A DNA stretch of 64,000 nucleotides from a candidate division FCPU426 bacterium (GTDB lineage Bacteria > Oederibacteriota > Muellerivitia > Muellerivitales > Muellerivitaceae), in contig CAVTWJ010000002.1 of the NCBI GenBank assembly GCA_963738405.1, forward strand, positions 64,001 through 128,000. Direction: 5' to 3'. A model generated the notes under the pieces. That model did not search any database and was not told where the DNA came from. It saw nothing but the letters and a program-made list of their open reading frames with translations. Position numbers and translations under genes: made by a program. Shown piece after piece: positions 39,739 through 48,594 of this stretch (position 1 is its first letter; each line of letters starts with the position of its first letter).

Positions 39739-39791
39739 TGGTATAATTCTTTTCGGGAAGTCTAAGGGCATTAAGTTTGTAACCGGTTTAA
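39739..39791 (+). promoter_or_regulatory. Extended -10 promoter (TGGTATAAT) followed by candidate LacI operator site 2 (39776-39791)
   Basis: TGGTATAAT at 39739-39747; TTTGTAACCGGTTTAA at 39776-39791; SD AAGGAGG at 39797. Confidence 0.7.
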
Positions 39792-39810
39792 ATCGCAAGG
39801 AGGCTTTTAG

Positions 39811-40518
39811 ATGAAGCGATGGCTCTTACTGGCCCCCCTATCCCTTTTGGTTTTATCCGCTCTTTGGTTGGGCAACCAAGGCTGCCATAACGAAAATGCG
39901 CCCATGTTCTTTTATACCGCCACTCCCACCGTCACTCTTTCCCCTACCCCCACCGTTACTTCCATTTACGCCACCTGCACCTCAACCTCCACCCCCGCGC
40001 TCATTGACGATTTTGAGGCCAACACCAATTCCAATACGGCCGTCCTGGCCAATCAATGCCGGGCGGGGTTCTATTTCACCTTTGGTTCCACCGCCAACCC
40101 CCAGATGAACGCTTCCATCGCCAACCCCGGCACCGGATACACCTGCGCCACCGGGTCCAGCAACAATGCCTTGCTATTGACCAGCGGGGCCGTGACGGGT
40201 TACGGGGCCGTTTTCGCCCTGGCGCCCCAGGCGGGCGGGAACCCTTACGATATCAGCCAATTCAGCGGTATCCAATTTTGCGGGCTTTTGAGTTCCACCG
40301 CCAACTCGGCCGGACCCAGCAGTTTTCAGATCGACGATTCGGGGAGCGGGGCCCTGAACGCCAACCTTTCCTTCACAACCTCCTGGAGCACCTACAGCAT
40401 TCCTTTTTCCTCTATGACGGGCACCGAAAACCTGAAACAAACTGTGCGGCTTCTTTGGATCACAGGAACCACAACCTCTTCCGTGAATTACTACCTGGAC
40501 AACATCAGCTTCTTTTAA
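39811..40518 (+). CDS. Lipoprotein with Thr/Pro linker and CBM11-like domain
   Basis: Strong SD; signal ending NQGC; LIDDFE..., YDISQFSGIQF, WSTYSIPFS, YYLDNISFF. Confidence 0.75.
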   Translation: MKRWLLLAPLSLLVLSALWLGNQGCHNENAPMFFYTATPTVTLSPTPTVTSIYATCTSTSTPALIDDFEANTNSNTAVLANQCRAGFYFTFGSTANPQMNASIANPGTGYTCATGSSNNALLLTSGAVTGYGAVFALAPQAGGNPYDISQFSGIQFCGLLSSTANSAGPSSFQIDDSGSGALNANLSFTTSWSTYSIPFSSMTGTENLKQTVRLLWITGTTTSSVNYYLDNISFF

Positions 40519-40537
40519 CGGTTCCTTCCGGAAAATA

Positions 40538-40573
40538 AAAAAGCCCGGCCCCTAAAAGGGCACGGGCTTTTTT
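40538..40573. terminator. Bidirectional intrinsic terminator
   Basis: AAAAAGCCCG-GCCC-CTAAAA-GGGC-A-CGGGCTTTTTT between convergent genes. Confidence 0.85.
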
Positions 40574-40592
40574 ATGGTTAAGGCGGGTTAGT

Positions 40593-41909
40593 TTATTTTT
40601 GGTTGAAATACTTTCGGTTGAGCTCTGCCGTCAACTTGGGAAGAATCTCTTCGGGTTTCTTTTTCCCCAGCCAGGCCAGATCCAAAGCCGGCCCCACCTG
40701 CCCGTCCCAGATTTCCCCCCAATTCCCAATGAAGGGCGTGAAATAGCCGCTCTGGGGCATCCCCAACAGAATGTTTTTGTGGGCGGCCCCAAGGCTCTTC
40801 AGGAATGCGTCCGAACCCGCCACCTTAACCAATGCGGGTTGAATCATGCCGGTCTGGGCCACTTGGGCCGCCACTTCCGCGCTCGTCAATTCCTTGAGAA
40901 CAATCCAGGCGTTATCCATGTTCTTGCAATCCCTGCTGATAGCGTAACCCGACCCGCCGCATTGCCACCCTTGCTTCCCGCTTGGCCCGTGGGGAAATTC
41001 CACCACGTCAAAGTTCAGGTCTTTTTTCTCCAAAAAATGGGGCGTATGCCAAACCCCCGAGCACATCATGGCCGCTTGGCCGTTGAGGAACATGTTTTCC
41101 GCGCCCGTCCCGAAGCTGAAATTTTGCAGTTCGCTGGGGTTGGGCGAGACGTGGTAGGTGTGGATCATATCCCATCGGAAACGAAAGCCCGCCATGGCCT
41201 CGGGGGTATCCAGGGCCATCTTGGTGGGATGGTCTTCGCTATCCGTGAAATAACCTCCGTTACTGAGCATAAAATTCACCGCGTTGGTGCCGTAGGGGTC
41301 CACGAAAGCCCAGCGGGTGATCTTGCCCGAGGCGTCCTTTTTCACGAGCTTTTCGCAGATGGGAAGGAAATCATCCGGCCATTTCCAGGCCGCCGTGGGG
41401 TAAGGAATACCGGCATCGTCGAAGAACTTTTTGTTGTAATAGACCAAGCCGATGGGCGCAAGGTCTGAGGGAATCGCGTAGATTTTCCCTCCGGGGCTGA
41501 AACGGTTCAGGATGGTGGGGTAATAATCCTTCACGTCCATTCCGTCCTTCTGGAAATAGGGGGTCAGGTCCACAAAGGTGTTGCGAAGGTACAGATCGAC
41601 AAACTGGCTGGCTTCGGTGCTGACAATGTCGGGCGCGGTGCCCGCCACCAATTGGGTGACGATTTTTTCCTCGAATTGGGGGTAGGGGATGCTTTCCATC
41701 CGAACCTTCAAGCCCGGGTGGCGGGCCTGGATGTTTTCGATGGTTTTGTTGAGTATTTGGATGACAGTGGGGTCGGTGCTGAAAATCGCCACCCGCACCA
41801 GGTTCTTATCGGTCTTGCTACAGCCCACCGACAAAACCGCCAAAGCCAGTACCGCCGCAGCTAAAAGATTGGTTCTTTTCACAGACACACTCCGATTCTC
41901 TTTTATCAC
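40593..41909 (-). CDS. Oligosaccharide ABC transporter solute-binding lipoprotein (CUT1 family)
   Basis: Lipobox SVGC; AGTAPDI, IYAIP, YYNKKFFDDAGIPYP, FLNGQAAM. Confidence 0.9.
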   Translation of the reverse strand: MIKENRSVSVKRTNLLAAAVLALAVLSVGCSKTDKNLVRVAIFSTDPTVIQILNKTIENIQARHPGLKVRMESIPYPQFEEKIVTQLVAGTAPDIVSTEASQFVDLYLRNTFVDLTPYFQKDGMDVKDYYPTILNRFSPGGKIYAIPSDLAPIGLVYYNKKFFDDAGIPYPTAAWKWPDDFLPICEKLVKKDASGKITRWAFVDPYGTNAVNFMLSNGGYFTDSEDHPTKMALDTPEAMAGFRFRWDMIHTYHVSPNPSELQNFSFGTGAENMFLNGQAAMMCSGVWHTPHFLEKKDLNFDVVEFPHGPSGKQGWQCGGSGYAISRDCKNMDNAWIVLKELTSAEVAAQVAQTGMIQPALVKVAGSDAFLKSLGAAHKNILLGMPQSGYFTPFIGNWGEIWDGQVGPALDLAWLGKKKPEEILPKLTAELNRKYFNQK

Positions 41910-41916
41910 TTAAACC

Positions 41917-44817
41917 TCACGGCACCGCAGGTGTTAAAGACGTCCCTACCGTTTCAATTTTCAGCGTTGCGGCCGAAAGGCCATCCGAATCAGCCTTCAG
42001 GGTCAGGGTTCCCGGCTGATGGCCTGACTGCACGATCACCTGGGCCAGACCGTTGAAGAGGCTTCGCTTCCAGGGTGTCGCCGGGATCACGGTGCGGATG
42101 GAACCCGGGTCCATATTCAGGTTATCCCAGGTCCACCTTCTCATCAGTTCCGGTCCCACCACCGCGTAAACATTGCGTCCCTTTTTCAAGATGGACTTGG
42201 GCAGGGGGAACCCCTGGTTTGGCTCGTCCCGTTTGATCTTTTCGGCGATCAACTGGCCGTTGACATAGATGGACTGGTCTTCCGCCAGGCTCTTGGGATA
42301 CAAAATAATCTCGGTGTAGTCATCCAGATTAGGCAGATCGAAATGCCCCCGGATCACCCGGTTGGCGGGCTTATCCTTCGAAACTTCGCCCTGGTCATCC
42401 TTTCGGCCTTGGAATAGATCGGCCCAATTGGAATCATCCTGGCCGAACTCCACTTCCGGGCGCTTGCCCAATTCGCCGCCATCCTTCATTTTCAGACCCT
42501 CAATTTTGACCTGGGTCACGGTGTCAAAATACCGATCCGCTTCATGGCAGGAAGGGTCGCCATTACCCACACCGATGATTTGGCCTTGCCCCTCCAACGA
42601 AAAGTGAATCAGGTTCCCGGCGGTAGGTACGGGTCTTCCCTGCTTGTCCACAACCCGCACGGTCACCACCGAAACATCATCCCCATCGGCTTTGATCGTG
42701 GATTGGTCGGGCATCAGCACAATGGATACCGGGTCGCCCGTGGTTTCCTGCAAAGCGTAAGTGGCTTCCTTTCCGCCTTTAAAACCCTTGGCCGATAACA
42801 TTCCCGGCGCATAGGGCACCTGCCATTCCAGATGCCCGTTCACCGGCACCTTTTGCTTGCCAAGGCTGGTGCCGTTCAAAGAAAGTTCCACCTCGTCGCA
42901 ATTGCTGTAGGCCCTAACCAGTATGTTTTTGCCCTCTTTGCCCTTCCAATTCCAATGGGGAGATAGCATCAACACCGGCTCGTTCGTCCACCAGGCTTTC
43001 AGGTAATCAAAAGAACTGTCCTTGGGAAACCCGCAGGTGTCGAGAACGCCGTATTGGGAGCTGATGGCGGGATAGGTAAAAGGCGTTTCCTCTCCCCTGT
43101 AGTCAAAACCCGTCCAAAGGAAAAGCCCGCCCAGATAGGGCCTATCGGCGTAGTATTTCCAAACTTCCTCAATGCTGGGGCCCTTGGGGTTAAGGTTGGT
43201 CGGCCCCAAGTGGCAGGCTGCCTTGTCCGTCTCATAAACGCCCCGGGTCTGGTTGGTGGTGCTTTCTTCGGTGGCGAAGCTGGGCTGGTCGGGGAACTTT
43301 TTGTGCTGGTCGTCCGTGCTTCCGTGAGCGTGATAGTTGTAGCCCATCACGTCAATGACGGTTGAAGAGCCATTTCCCCATCCCGAATCAATGGCGGCGG
43401 TTACCCGGCGGGTCGGGTCCAGGCGTTTTACGAAATCCTGCATGGGCGGAACAATCTGCGCCCCATAAACATTGCCTTCCATGCCCCATTCCTCGTTGCC
43501 CAGCGACCAGGCGAATACGCAGGGGTGGTTGCGGTCCAGAACAATCATGCGTTTCAATCGGTCCATCAGTTCCGGACTGGTACCCATCGACCGGTTTTCC
43601 ACCAGCACCAGCATGCCCAGTTTGTCGCAGGCATCCAGCAATTCAGGCGTGGGAGGGTTGTGGGAACAGCGGTAAGCGTTACAGTCCATTTCCTTCAGTT
43701 GTTTGATGCGGAAAGCTTGCAGGGCGTCCGGCAGGGCGGCCCCCACCCCCGCGTGGTCCTGGTGGTTGGAAGTTCCCTTCAGTTCCACCCGTTTGCCATT
43801 AAGAAGGAAGCCCTTATTCGGGTCGAAGGTTACGGTGCGTATGCCAAAGGGGGTTTCGGTGCGGTCCACTACTTCGGTACCGGACAAGACCGTGGTGATA
43901 ACTTTATAGAGGGTAGGTGATTCGAGTGACCAAAGTTGGGGCTTGGGCACCTGTACCGCAACCGAATACTGCCCGGTCTCGCCGGGGTGAAGCAGGGCCT
44001 TGGCGAGCGAACCCTTTCCTACAGTTTTTCCATTGGCGTCTTGAACAACCTGTTCAATTTTAAAAGAAGCGGCCTTTTCTTTTTCACAAACCACCGAAGT
44101 TTGAACTGTAATTTCGGCATTTCCCTTCCCAACCTTTGAAGTCACAAAGGTTCCGTTGTAGTCGATATGCAGAGGCGATGTTTTGGTCAACCAGACATGC
44201 CGATAGATTCCCGCGCCTTCGTAAAACCAGCCTTCTTCCGTGGTCGCGTCCACCCGCACGGACACGGTGTTATCCCCACCATAGTTAAGATAGGGGGTCA
44301 TGTCGTAGCGGAAGTTGTTGTAACCGCTTTGCTCCCGGCCCAGGTAAAAACCGTTCACCCAAACCACCGAATCCCGGTAAACCCCGTCAAACTCGATGCT
44401 GATTCGCTTTCCCTTGTCTGAAGCGGGAATGTTAAAGGTCTTGCGGTACCAGCCAATGCTTGCGCCCGGAAAATTGCGGCCTAGCGCCTTGAAGCCGTGG
44501 CTATAACTTCCCTTTTCGTCAAAGGGCAGTTCCACCGCCCAGTCATGGGGCAGGTTGAGTACTCTCCAGGCTCGGTCGTCAAATTTTGGGTCGGCGGGGC
44601 CGTCCGCCAAACCCGCCTTAGCGAAGTAGGAAAAAAAGGTCGTGGTGAATCCGTAATCCTGGTTTGGGTCGGTGGCATGCCCCAAGGCAAACCGCCAACC
44701 GGCATCCATTAGAAGATGTTCTCTGGGCGAAGACATGGTTTTATCCTCGGCCCAAACTTGAGTAATCATTAAAAGTAACGTTGCGAACACCAGCGTGAAT
44801 CTTTTCACGTAGGCCAT
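41917..44817 (-). CDS. Glycoside hydrolase family 2, probable beta-galactosidase
   Basis: LPHDWAVEL, EGAGIYRHVWL, GTSNHQDHAGVG, YRCSHNPP, WSLGNEE, WTGFDYRGE; signal peptide; start uncertain. Confidence 0.9.
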   Translation of the reverse strand: MAYVKRFTLVFATLLLMITQVWAEDKTMSSPREHLLMDAGWRFALGHATDPNQDYGFTTTFFSYFAKAGLADGPADPKFDDRAWRVLNLPHDWAVELPFDEKGSYSHGFKALGRNFPGASIGWYRKTFNIPASDKGKRISIEFDGVYRDSVVWVNGFYLGREQSGYNNFRYDMTPYLNYGGDNTVSVRVDATTEEGWFYEGAGIYRHVWLTKTSPLHIDYNGTFVTSKVGKGNAEITVQTSVVCEKEKAASFKIEQVVQDANGKTVGKGSLAKALLHPGETGQYSVAVQVPKPQLWSLESPTLYKVITTVLSGTEVVDRTETPFGIRTVTFDPNKGFLLNGKRVELKGTSNHQDHAGVGAALPDALQAFRIKQLKEMDCNAYRCSHNPPTPELLDACDKLGMLVLVENRSMGTSPELMDRLKRMIVLDRNHPCVFAWSLGNEEWGMEGNVYGAQIVPPMQDFVKRLDPTRRVTAAIDSGWGNGSSTVIDVMGYNYHAHGSTDDQHKKFPDQPSFATEESTTNQTRGVYETDKAACHLGPTNLNPKGPSIEEVWKYYADRPYLGGLFLWTGFDYRGEETPFTYPAISSQYGVLDTCGFPKDSSFDYLKAWWTNEPVLMLSPHWNWKGKEGKNILVRAYSNCDEVELSLNGTSLGKQKVPVNGHLEWQVPYAPGMLSAKGFKGGKEATYALQETTGDPVSIVLMPDQSTIKADGDDVSVVTVRVVDKQGRPVPTAGNLIHFSLEGQGQIIGVGNGDPSCHEADRYFDTVTQVKIEGLKMKDGGELGKRPEVEFGQDDSNWADLFQGRKDDQGEVSKDKPANRVIRGHFDLPNLDDYTEIILYPKSLAEDQSIYVNGQLIAEKIKRDEPNQGFPLPKSILKKGRNVYAVVGPELMRRWTWDNLNMDPGSIRTVIPATPWKRSLFNGLAQVIVQSGHQPGTLTLKADSDGLSAATLKIETVGTSLTPAVP

Positions 44818-44917
44818 CCTTGGTTTGAGAGTGGTTTTTTTGGAAAAGGGACATCGAGGAAGAATTATAGATGCAAACCACGGACAGCCAAACAACACAA
44901 ACAGCAAAACCAATTTT

Positions 44918-45035
44918 GCCACAGATACATGGGATGCATTGGATGGACAAACATTTTTCGTTTAGGCTTCAACTAAGAAAGAATCATTTTTTTGTTTAAC
45001 CTTTGCCTATCCCATTTATCCCATGCATCTGTGGC
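44918..45035. repeat. Palindromic intergenic element, family GCCACAGATACATGGGAT
   Basis: Arm 44918-44951 pairs with arm 45002-45035; another arm at 57246-57279. Confidence 0.7.
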
Positions 45036-45180
45036 CAATCTCGTTTTTAGGTCTTTTTGAAACTTACTTAAACTTTTCTCTAGCGGGCCAATCAGTATTT
45101 TCTGGTTTTTTTAAAGGTTTTATCCTTCCCGACCTCCTAGCCTATAATCATTTCCACTTGTCTTATATTTGGAGGAATTG

Positions 45181-46188
45181 ATGTCCTTGAAAACCCTCTT
45201 TTTACTCAGCCTGGCCCTTACTTTCCTCGGCGGATGCGGCAAACCCGCAAGCAACAAGATCAAAATCGGCCTTTCCCTCGACACCCTCAAGGAGGAACGT
45301 TGGCAGCATGACCGGGATCTTTTCGTAGCCAAAGCCCAGGAACTGGGCGCGGAAGTCGAGGTGCAGGCGGCAAATTCAGACGATGCCCGCCAGAATTCCC
45401 AGGCCGAAAACCTGCTCACCGAAGGGGTGAATGTGCTGGTCGTGGTTCCCCATAACGGCAAGACCATGGGAACCATTGTGGATTCAGCCCACAAGCTGGG
45501 CGTGCCGGTGATCGCCTATGACCGCCTCATCATGGATTCGGACCTCGACCTTTACATTTCCTTCAACAACGTAAAGGTGGGCGAGTTCCAGGCGGATTAT
45601 TTGGTTAAGCGCAAACCGAAGGGAAATTATGTTTTGATCGGCGGGGCACCAACCGACAACAACGCGAAGCTTTTCCGTCAGGGGCAGATGAATGTTTTGA
45701 ATCCCCTGATCCAAAAGGGAGATATCAAGATCGTGGCCGACCAATGGGCTGACGACTGGCTTCCCCTGAAGGCCCTGCAGATCATGGAAAACGCCCTCAC
45801 CAGCAACCACAACCAAGTGGATGCGGTGGTGGTTTCCAACGACGGCACGGCGGGGGGTGCCATCCAAGCCCTCTCCGAGCAAAACCTGGCGGGCAAGGTC
45901 TTGGTTTCCGGGCAAGATGCCGACCTAGCAGGCTGTCAACGCATCGCGGCGGGCACCCAAAGCATGACAGTTTATAAGCCCATCAAGAAGTTGGCGGAAA
46001 AGGCCGCTGAAATAGCGGTCCTCATGGCACAAAAGAAGCCCCTCACCGACCCCACGACCACTGTTCCCAACGGCAAGAAAGACGTGACTTCAATTCTTAT
46101 CGAACCCATCGAAGTTGATAAGGACAACCTGGATTCCACTGTCATCGCGGATGGCTACCAGAAGAAAGAAGACGTGTACAAAAAATAA
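45181..46188 (+). CDS. xylF: D-xylose ABC transporter substrate-binding lipoprotein
   Basis: IGLSLDTLKEERWQHDRD, AYDRLI, GGAPTDNNA, SNDGTAGG, SGQDAD, MTVYKPI. Confidence 0.88.
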   Translation: MSLKTLFLLSLALTFLGGCGKPASNKIKIGLSLDTLKEERWQHDRDLFVAKAQELGAEVEVQAANSDDARQNSQAENLLTEGVNVLVVVPHNGKTMGTIVDSAHKLGVPVIAYDRLIMDSDLDLYISFNNVKVGEFQADYLVKRKPKGNYVLIGGAPTDNNAKLFRQGQMNVLNPLIQKGDIKIVADQWADDWLPLKALQIMENALTSNHNQVDAVVVSNDGTAGGAIQALSEQNLAGKVLVSGQDADLAGCQRIAAGTQSMTVYKPIKKLAEKAAEIAVLMAQKKPLTDPTTTVPNGKKDVTSILIEPIEVDKDNLDSTVIADGYQKKEDVYKK

Positions 46189-46200
46189 ACACCTAATTAT

Positions 46201-46332
46201 TCACCACCAAGACACCAAGGCACCAAGTTAAGACAGAATAAAAAACTTTAGACTTAGTTTTTCAAAGGCTTGATTTTCGGTTTTGCAAATAATTATTAGG
46301 CTGTTCTTGGTGACTTGGTGTCTTGGTGGTAA
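46201..46332. repeat. Palindromic intergenic element, CACCAAG family, copy 1
   Basis: TCACCACCAAGACACCAAGGCACCAAG ... CTTGGTGACTTGGTGTCTTGGTGGTAA. Confidence 0.85.
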
Positions 46333-46356
46333 ACATTTCTTTTTTGGTGGTGAGGT

Positions 46357-47868
46357 TTGTCTTTACTTGAACTTAAAAACATAACCAAAGACTTCCCCGG
46401 CGTGCGGGCGCTGGACGGCGTCTCCTTTGACCTGCAAAAGGGCGAAATCCACGCCCTTTGCGGCGAAAACGGCGCGGGCAAAAGCACCCTCATTAAAATC
46501 CTTTGCGGTTACCACCCCCACGGTTCCTACCAGGGTGAAATTCTGCTCAAAGACAAGTCCGTCCATTTTCACGACCTGAAAGATTCAGAAGAATCGGGTA
46601 TCGCCCTCATCGCACAAGAACTAGCCCTTGTTCCTGAGTTATCGGTAGCGGAAAACCTAATGTTGGGTAAGGAACCTACCCGCAACGGCTTTATCCAATG
46701 GTCCGAAGTCAAAGCGAAGGCCCAGGAAGCCCTTCAATTGGTGGATTTGAAAGTGGACTTGAACCGTCCGGTCAAGGAATTGGGTATCGGCCAGCAACAG
46801 ATGATCGAAATCGCCAAGGCCCTTTCCAAGAAGGCCGAAATTTTGGTTTTGGATGAACCCACAGCAGCCCTGACCGAATCGGATACCGCCCGCCTGTTGA
46901 ATTTCCTGAAACAGCTTAAATCCCAAGGCGTTTCCTGCGTCTATATCAGCCACCGGCTAGAGGAAGTGCGCCAAATCGCCGACCGGGTCACGGTCTTGCG
47001 AGACGGCAAGTCCGTCATTACCAAACCCCTGGGCGAATTGACCCAAGACCAAATCATCAGCCACATGGTGGGCCGAAAGGTTGAAAGCCTCTATCCCCGG
47101 CTCCAAACACAGGAAGGGCCGGTAATCCTTTCGGTCAAAAACCTAAGTGTCGAAGACCCTGCCAACCCGGGTCGTTACGTGGTGAAAAATGTCTCTTTCG
47201 ATGTAAAGCAGGGCGAAATACTGGGAATCGGCGGGCTTATGGGCGCTGGCCGTACCGCCCTTTTAAGTTCTCTTTTCGGCGCGGCCCGGGGCCGCATGCA
47301 AGGCCGTATCGAGGTTAATGGCAAGGTGCGGGGGCCCTTTAACTCTCCCCAGGAAGCCATTGCCGAAGGCATTGCCTTGGTCAGCGAAGACCGCAAACGC
47401 TATGGGCTGGTTCTGGGTTCTTCGGTTCAAGAAAACATCATCTTGGCCATTCTTCATAAACTCGTTTCCAAGAGCCTGATTAACTGGCCGGAAGTTCAGA
47501 AAGTTTGTTCTGAATATGTGGATTCTTTGCGAATCAAGATTCCCAGCTTGGATACCCAGGCCAACAAGCTTTCAGGCGGCAATCAGCAGAAGGTGATTCT
47601 GGGCAAATGGCTGGCCACTCACCCCAAGGTGCTTTTGTTGGATGAACCTACCCGCGGAATTGATGTGGGCGCCAAGGCAGAGATTTATGAACTCATGAGT
47701 CGGTTAGCGGCCCAAGGATTGGGAATCGTTTTGGTTTCTTCGGATTTGCCTGAGTTCCAGGGCCTTTGCCATCGCATGATCGTACTGAATCAGGGTCGTA
47801 TGACAGCGGAATTTGGATATAAGGACGCAACACCGGAAAAATTGCTGGCTGCGGCGGCACTTTCTTAA
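46357..47868 (+). CDS. xylG: Monosaccharide (xylose) ABC transporter ATP-binding protein, two ABC domains
   Basis: GENGAGKST, LDEPTAAL, LSGGNQQKV, DEPTRGIDVGAK. Confidence 0.88.
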   Translation: MSLLELKNITKDFPGVRALDGVSFDLQKGEIHALCGENGAGKSTLIKILCGYHPHGSYQGEILLKDKSVHFHDLKDSEESGIALIAQELALVPELSVAENLMLGKEPTRNGFIQWSEVKAKAQEALQLVDLKVDLNRPVKELGIGQQQMIEIAKALSKKAEILVLDEPTAALTESDTARLLNFLKQLKSQGVSCVYISHRLEEVRQIADRVTVLRDGKSVITKPLGELTQDQIISHMVGRKVESLYPRLQTQEGPVILSVKNLSVEDPANPGRYVVKNVSFDVKQGEILGIGGLMGAGRTALLSSLFGAARGRMQGRIEVNGKVRGPFNSPQEAIAEGIALVSEDRKRYGLVLGSSVQENIILAILHKLVSKSLINWPEVQKVCSEYVDSLRIKIPSLDTQANKLSGGNQQKVILGKWLATHPKVLLLDEPTRGIDVGAKAEIYELMSRLAAQGLGIVLVSSDLPEFQGLCHRMIVLNQGRMTAEFGYKDATPEKLLAAAALS

Positions 47869-47963
47869 TAGCAGGGAGAAATTAAAAGTTTAAATAAATA
47901 AAGAAAAATTAAAAGCAAGCAGCAACTATAAGTTTCAAACTTTTATAACGGAAAGGTACAAGG

Positions 47964-48506
47964 TTGAAATTTTTCAAAAACAAAAAAGGTATATTTAGTT
48001 TTATCGTTGGTTTTATTTGTTGTGGGGGCTTCCTTCTAATTCAAGCATTAACTTGGAATGTAAATCTTATTGCTAATCATGGTTTAAATATGGCAGTGAG
48101 TGCTTATTATACGATTTTATTTTCTTTTGGTTCTCTAGGTTGTGTGGTTGGGTTAGTAGTTGGAGTTTTGGGATTAAAAGACAAAAACGCAAAAACAAAA
48201 GCTTTTCCACTTTTCAACCTGCTGGGCATTTTTTTAACCTTATTTTTTATTTTTATTACCGTTTGGCAACTTCGCTTAAATTGGGAAAAATATTTTTTTA
48301 TATTACTTCTTCTCCTTCAACAAATCATTTTCTGGGTGATTTTAATTTCAGTACCTGGTTTTTTGATTTGGTCTTTATTCGTATGGAAACCCAAGAGTAA
48401 AACAGAAAACACTTTAAAAAGAATACTAGATTTTATACTCGTTTTGCTTATCGCTGTTTTCTGTCTCTATATAGCACTTATGGTGCATTTCGGAACAAAA
48501 GTTTAG
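47964..48506 (+). CDS. Very AT-rich hypothetical multi-pass membrane protein between xylG and xylH
   Basis: 180-aa hydrophobic ORF with about five TM segments; composition differs sharply from flanks. Confidence 0.6.
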   Translation: MKFFKNKKGIFSFIVGFICCGGFLLIQALTWNVNLIANHGLNMAVSAYYTILFSFGSLGCVVGLVVGVLGLKDKNAKTKAFPLFNLLGIFLTLFFIFITVWQLRLNWEKYFFILLLLLQQIIFWVILISVPGFLIWSLFVWKPKSKTENTLKRILDFILVLLIAVFCLYIALMVHFGTKV

Positions 48507-48594
48507 GCCTTACATAAAAAGCATGGAGCTATAACTCCACTGCACATAATGGTTAATTCATTATGTAACCTAATTCACAATGGGAAAGTAAGCC

